In this document: positions 58,301 through 64,000 of the stretch, piece after piece | How the letters are laid out: each line of letters opens with the position of its first letter | Position numbering within the stretch: position 1 is the stretch's first letter | Source of the DNA: Anthoceros angustus | Taxonomy: Eukaryota; Plantae; Anthocerotophyta | DNA: 64,000 bases | Assembly: GCA_010909165.1 (NCBI GenBank) | Contig: VJWM01000187.1 | Location: forward strand, 62,001-126,000 | Reading direction: 5' to 3' | The notes under the pieces: model-generated | Seen by the model: the letters and a program-made list of their open reading frames with translations, nothing else | Database searches by the model: none | What the model was told of the DNA's origin: nothing | Made by a program: the position numbers and the translations under genes

Positions 58301-59551
58301 CACTGTCACAGCACCAACCTCAATGCGCCACACACCTGTGAGGAGAGGTGTAAGGCATGTGGGTACCTGTGCCACTTGGAAATCGGGCACGGAGGCAAAC
58401 ACGAAACCACGCATGGCAACATGAGGAACGTTATGTTTGCGTCGGAGAAGGAGGAGATTGAGCTGGAAGGTCGTGAGTACGCATGGGGTGACTCAGGAGT
58501 GGCCGAGCTGTGCATGCTTGTCTGCGAGAAACAGGGGAGAGGTCATACCCATCTCGCCAAATGCGAGCCCAATGCATATGGAACATGTCAAAGGCAGTAT
58601 AAGGGCGCCAGGCATGAAAGATCGCCATACGGACCTGACTTCCACGTCGCCAAAGATGAGTTGACACACCAGGCGTATTGGGAGGAATTGGGCTTCAAGG
58701 ATCCCTGCCCCGAGGAACATCGCATGGAATTCGAACTCTGTAACCACTACTGCCACTCGGAGGAACACCGGGATACTTCTGACGGCAGGTCTTTCTGCAC
58801 TCAGCCGCTATGGCACCTCCCTGTGGCCAAAAGCGCCCTGCCCACAGGATATGTCACCGAAGATGGTCATGTGTTCGACTGCAAGCATGCCGCAAGCCTC
58901 CAGCATATCATCTTTGTAATCGACAAGTCCAGGTCCATGGAAGGCAACGACATCTTCCCCACCCTTCGGCTGTTGGAAACCACTCACCGCAACAGGTTGG
59001 GGGCTGTCTTTGAAGCCATTTACAACTTCCTGCAGACGAGAAAGAGAGCAGCCCGAAGGAAAGGAGCCCGGCAGGACATCATATCCATCGTACTCTTTGA
59101 TGACAATAGAGATATAGTGGCGCAGACATGGGAAAACAACCCAGACCCTCTCCTCCACCTTCTCCTGCACAAAATTCCAAGATTCGGCACCAACTACGCC
59201 AGCGGCCTGGGTGGAGCAGAGGAGGTAATGAATCGCGCAGCCTTCGGGGGAACAGCGCAAGTGAAGTTGGCCAATTCTGCACCTGTAATCATCTTCTTCA
59301 GCGACGGTCGCAACGGAAATCACAGTGTCAACCCAGTTGAAGCCGTTCAGAAAATGATGAAAGACCACCCACAACTGATAGTCCACACCCTCCTGTTTGG
59401 AAGTCGGGCTGATCTTCACACCTTGGAGGCCATGGCGGCGGCTGGAAATGGCACATTCACGCTCAGCCTGGACGACGTGCAGCTTGCAAGGAGCTTTGAG
59501 CGACTGGCGCACAGCCTCAGGCCGCAGGTGGCATCCCTTATTGAATCGTGA
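52338..59551 (+). CDS. Very large GTPase (GBP/atlastin/VLIG-like G domain) with Cys/His-rich Zn-finger-like repeats and C-terminal vWA domain, ~2376 aa
   Basis: Exon 52338-56687, GT-AG intron 56688-56770 (phase 0) and exon 56771-59551 join in frame. Motifs: G1 GKQSSGKS, G2 GGRCTDGIW, G3 LLDFEGLG; Cys-rich region ~57620-58880; vWA MIDAS FVIDKSRSM..GTNY..FFSDG. The start codon is uncertain. Confidence 0.85.
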
Positions 59552-60451
59552 TTCAGCCGTGTTATGCTAGGTAGCTGATGGGCAATCTCTTCCATCAGAG
59601 GCCACACCACCCTGCAGTAGCGCCGTAACTGCTTAAGGTGTTGGAATGAGCCCCGGCAATGCCGTCGGGAGGCGCGAGCAACCAGCTGCCACAGCTTCGA
59701 CCTGACCATCTGGAGCCTCTTAGGCTCGAAGGCCAGGCCAAGATGAAGCTGAAGGAAGTCAGAGCAACCTCACCATCTGGAGCATCAGAGCTAACTTTGT
59801 CCACCCCGAGGTGCAGCTATGGAAAGCGTGAGCAATCCCACCATCCGCAGCCGAGAAGGAGGGCAGGCAGCCACGTGCACTGCCTCTTAGCAATTGTGTC
59901 CAGATTTGTTGCAGGTTGAATTATCCCCTGCACAGCCTGACCAATATCCACATGCAGTCTTCGTTCCAACCACCAATGTAGCGTTGGTGAAGCATGTGGC
60001 CCTTCTCGAGACCCTGAGCATGAGTGGGCTTCCTTGGATGAAATTCAGGAAGCCTCAAGTTCTTGCAAATTTCAGATTCTCACACCATGGAGTGTGATGA
60101 CCTGCGAGGGGATGGTGGGACGCTCTTGCTTTGACTCATGCTGTCAATATGCCATGGTTGTCCTAAGACATTCATGGGTCTTGACTACGGTCCGCACTAG
60201 TCTTACAATATCCATGATGATACCTGCAAAACACAGGAAATCGCAGGGTCAGATGGACTTTTCCGCATCACTGGTCTTGCTGAAGAACAGAACATTGCAA
60301 TAGATCATACAGTACTCTTCGTGAAATGTCATGATATACACGAATTCGCAGGAATCAGACAGACCCTTCGCCATCACTGTTGCTTGCTGAAGACCAGAAC
60401 ATTGAAATAAATCGAACAATCTTCATGATGAAACGTCCCAGACAGTCACGG

Positions 60452-61357
60452 TTACATAGGCTTGAAATTGCGATAAGCAACAACAGCGTAGAAGGGGTCT
60501 CTGCCGGCTGCCACGCCCTGAAGGAATCGGCTCAACTGTGCAAACCAGCCCTGATGCTGCTCGGAGCCAGGTTGGGGGAGCTTGCGCACCACCTCTGCCT
60601 GCGTGAACCCGGCAACGCACTGGAAGTACTGCACCACCAGCTGCACGCGGCTGTACGCAGAGCCGTCCCGCCAGGCTGCCACCGCCTTATCGTAGAACAT
60701 GCGGTTGCTGAAGCTCATGACGCACACTCCACCGGGTCGCAGCACGCGGTAGATTTCTGCAAACACTTTCTCAGGTTGCTGGAGGTACTGCACGCTCACA
60801 GCGCACAGCACTGCGTCGAAGCTGGCATCGGCCGCGGCCAACTCCTGCGCCTGGTTCAGGTCGTTGATGAAGAAATGGTCCAGCCTGGGGTTTCGAGCAA
60901 GCTCAGCGGCGTTGAGGCCATGGCCGACCACTCGCTTGAAGCGCCTCTCAGGAGGAAGATGGCTCACCCAGGAGCTCATGAGATCCAGCACCTCAGCTCC
61001 CTCCGGCACCCTCTCCCTGTAGAGCTGTGTGAGGGAGGCTAGGAAGGCGTCGTCCACATGCTTGACAAATCTGGGGAAGCTGTAAAATTCCCGGTCTGAG
61101 GCCAAATTCAGCTTCTGCCTGCCCTCGTTGGAAAGCACTCTACGTTGGATTTCCCCGCCCCTTGTAACAGGGCCTGCATCACTGCACCGAGGTGTCAACT
61201 GTTCCATTCTAAATCTCAGAGAGACGGAGGGACAGGGCTTGCCAATCCGTACGCATGCTCGCAATTGATCAACTCCTGCACAGGGCTTGCCAATCCGTAC
61301 GCATGCTCGCAATTGATCAACTCCTGCACAGGCCAATGTCAGAGACACGGCTGCCAT
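60452..61357 (-). CDS. Class I SAM-dependent methyltransferase (Methyltransf_11-like), probably plastid-targeted, single exon
   Basis: DREFYSFPRFVKHVDD, VLDLMSSWVSHLP, GHGLNAAEL..NPRL, FDAVLCAVSVQYL, EIYRVLRPGG..SFSNRMF, with a transit-peptide-like N-terminus. Confidence 0.9.
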   Translation of the reverse strand: MAAVSLTLACAGVDQLRACVRIGKPCAGVDQLRACVRIGKPCPSVSLRFRMEQLTPRCSDAGPVTRGGEIQRRVLSNEGRQKLNLASDREFYSFPRFVKHVDDAFLASLTQLYRERVPEGAEVLDLMSSWVSHLPPERRFKRVVGHGLNAAELARNPRLDHFFINDLNQAQELAAADASFDAVLCAVSVQYLQQPEKVFAEIYRVLRPGGVCVMSFSNRMFYDKAVAAWRDGSAYSRVQLVVQYFQCVAGFTQAEVVRKLPQPGSEQHQGWFAQLSRFLQGVAAGRDPFYAVVAYRNFKPM

Positions 61358-61600
61358 TGTCGGAACTCAAATGTCCTTGAGCTTCTCGTTTCTGGCAGCT
61401 TAGAACGATCAACCCTAGAGGCTTTCCCAATGCTCCTGCTCCCTTGTCAAAGCACACATTTAGAGGCATCAAATTGAACTACGCAGAGTAACTACAATTC
61501 CAGAGTCACAAGGCACACCTGCTAGTGGCACTTGGCTAGAACCTTAAAGCAGGTCGGGATCACGAATGTTCCAAGGGTGCAGGGATCAAGGACGAGCGCA

Positions 61601-61975
61601 TCAACTATTCATGATCCACACCACAAGGAGGCTGCCAATAAGGAACAACACAACTCTTGCTATCTCTGCATAAACATGCCGCAACCTTTGTTGCCTGAGC
61701 TGTATGCGCATCATCTTCAAATCTTCCTCCATAATCCGCAAGGCTGCAATCAAGCGGTCGTGTTTCTGTTTCACGCATACACCAGACCTTGTCAAATACA
61801 CTTCAAATTCCTCTCGCATCCAGCTCCGAACGAAATGTTTCGAGCTGGGAGCTGAAAATGTTGTCTCAGGTACTGTTTCTTGAACAGTGCGGACACTTTG
61901 TAATACCTCAGATAATGTCTCGGAATTTTGGTGCTTGCAGACGATGCAAGTTCTTGAGTTGCTGATCGCTGCAAT
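61601..61975 (-). CDS. Possible last exon of a small coiled-coil, tail-anchored protein
   Basis: The ORF ends in a coiled-coil stretch and a C-terminal hydrophobic helix (IARVVLFLIGSLLVVWIMNS*) after a pyrimidine-rich AG acceptor. No family was recognised. Confidence 0.3.
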   Translation of the reverse strand: MAAISNSRTCIVCKHQNSETLSEVLQSVRTVQETVPETTFSAPSSKHFVRSWMREEFEVYLTRSGVCVKQKHDRLIAALRIMEEDLKMMRIQLRQQRLRHVYAEIARVVLFLIGSLLVVWIMNS

Positions 61976-62521
61976 AAAGGAAAACGGATATCTCGTTAGA
62001 AGAGCAACACCAGCACCTTCGAGAACAACTTTTTCAGAAATCTCGAACAAGTCGCAGATCTGAAGTCATGCAAAATGGTTGAGTTCAAGCAAGTTCCACA
62101 CTTCTCCATTCAGCCATGGTTTCTGAAAGGAATTTCAAATCTTGCTGAATGGCATTGAAGTCAAGGCGAACAGCTTGAAACACAGTGCAAATCAAGCTAC
62201 ATGACGAACCGGAACACTGAAGGGAGCGCAAAGACAGAAGCAACCGCAGAGCAGAATTCCCACGGACAAAATCTGGATCTCCCTCCAAGGTCGGCACCTG
62301 CTCCATGCTCGGATGCTGATGACCCTCTTCCCCCTGAGAAGGAGTGGAATTGCGAGGATCTGGCGACATTCTTTGCAACGTGGTAGATTTTGTTGGCTTG
62401 ATCGTGTGATCGTTCCAGAGACATACTGTAAGTGGGTAGGTGTTGCAGGGTAGAATTGGGATACTTGGTAAAAAATTATGTTATAAATTGATAATTAACT
62501 ACCCACATTTATTATGCAAAT

Positions 62522-62594
62522 GGTCGCGTGGCCTAATGGATAAGGCGCTCGCCTCCGGAGCGGGAGATTGTGGGTTCGAGTCCCACCGTGATCG
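62522..62594 (+). tRNA. trnR-CCG: tRNA-Arg(CCG)
   Basis: Cloverleaf GGTCGCG/CGTGATC, anticodon loop CTCCGGA, T-arm GTGGG-TTCGAGT-CCCAC. Confidence 0.95.
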
Positions 62595-62764
62595 TGATCC
62601 TCCTCACTGTCGGTATCCACGTTAATGACTTGAACTGATTTTGCTTCCGTATCCTCTTGGGACTTCCCAAGGGGAAGATGCAAGCATTCATTCATTACAT
62701 CAAGGTATATCATGTTGGAAGAAGAATAATCATAATCGTAACATTACCTATATAGGAAGGAGAA

Positions 62765-62918
62765 GAAGAATTTTGTTATAGTTCACAAGTGGGGAAAGGG
62801 AGGAGGAGAAGAAGAATTTTGTTATAGAAGAATTTTGTTATAGTTCACAAGTGGGGAAAGGGAGGAGGAGAAGAAGAATTTTGTTATAGTTCACAAGTGG
62901 GGAAAGGGAGGAGGAGAA
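62765..62918. repeat. 46-bp tandem repeat (3 full copies plus a 16-bp partial)
   Basis: gaagaattttgttatagttcacaagtggggaaagggaggaggagaa at 62765, 62827 and 62873; partial copy at 62811. Confidence 0.85.
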
Positions 62919-64000
62919 AGAGACCACAGCCCTAAGGGAAGGAGTCTATGGTTGGGATAAAAGATAAGAGGATGACCTGCGACCAAAGCAAGGGTTCGAA
63001 ATATGTTTTTCTCGGGGACATGACAACTTACACTACCCTCATAATGCACCATGGTTGCTTGAGCTACTTGCATCAAGGGCATCTTATTCTTTTAAGCACC
63101 ATGTTTGGGTCCCCAATTCCAATCTAAGTGCAAGATGTTCAATTATTACAGCCATGTTCATATGAAAGCGCGTTCATTTAGCACACCTTTATAAGTGCAA
63201 GATGTCTAATAATCATGGTTTTATAAAGGTGTGTTCATTTAGCACATGTCCACTTGGCACATTTGGATGTGTTAGGAATTATTCTTATTCCAATTCACAT
63301 TTGGATTTTTTCTAACTTCGATTTCGATATGATTTGAGTTTCTATTACTACCACATGAATACGTATCATTTTTTCTCTCATTTGGTTTCCTTTCATAAAC
63401 ATCATAATATGATATTTCTTGCCTGGTATGCAAAAGAAAATAATTTGTTAAGTTCAAGTTTACAAAGTGCATACATGTTCAACACATGGAAGACCATTAA
63501 TCTTACCAAGGAAATCAAATATTTTTATGAATGATTGTTAAGTTTGCTGGTGCGTTATTGAAATATAGTGCTAGGTGAATTAGGTTTTGTCACTAATAAT
63601 GCATATGTTTGAATATTTTGAAAATCGCATCTGCAAGACATGAGTGAAGATCAAAAAGAATTTTGAAGTCATCAAAATGCATTCTGTAAAAATAAAAATA
63701 AAAATAAAAATCAATCATAATTTTCTTTAAAAAGATTTACCTTCTATTTTCAGGTGGTGAATTCATGATAATAATGCCTTTGCAAAAATTTTGTGAAAAG
63801 AGAATGTTTGTATGGGAGTAGGTGATATGAATCATCAATATACGCAGCTTAACATTGCATTATGTCAAGGTTTATGTTGTCTTGGTGTTCGTTTTGTAGC
63901 AAAAATTAGGTTGGACCGCGTATTAACTTGAGGGTATATGGTTCTTCATAATCACCGTGTTATCACCAATTCTATTAATCTCTTCTTAAGAGATCACTGT

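Noticed and set aside
62930-64000. AT-rich terminal region with short ORFs and a ~67-bp degenerate duplication
   Set aside because: No coding or terminal signature that I can support.

Overview
Compact, intron-rich land-plant nuclear DNA. It carries axonemal genes (LRRC9-like, CFAP299) and PLS-class PPR genes with both DYW:WW-type and DYW:KP/GRP-type C-termini. With the short introns and high gene density, this points to a flagellate-sperm plant with reverse (U-to-C) organellar editing, most plausibly a hornwort (inference). About 9-50 kb is a birth-and-death cluster of at least 9 PPR editing-factor loci, most of them decayed. Interspersed are a TraB-domain gene, two AT-rich intronless aspartic proteases, an HKT/Trk transporter, tRNA-Ala(CGC), an expansin remnant and a transposon-rich island. 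The right end holds a ~2,376-aa very large GTPase (GBP/VLIG-like G domain, Cys/His-rich repeats, vWA), a plastid-type SAM methyltransferase and tRNA-Arg(CCG). Best leads: (1) an OSB-type PDF single-stranded-DNA-binding motif fused N-terminally to a PPR-DYW:KP (putative U-to-C editing) protein, eroded in the WW-type paralogs; (2) the giant GTPase-Zn finger-vWA gene as a candidate immune-type protein; (3) structured-RNA candidates inside the PPR cluster: a 73-bp near-perfect hairpin and three related ~75-85-nt hairpins between inverted PPR pseudogenes. All family calls come from motif recognition by eye; no database searches were run.
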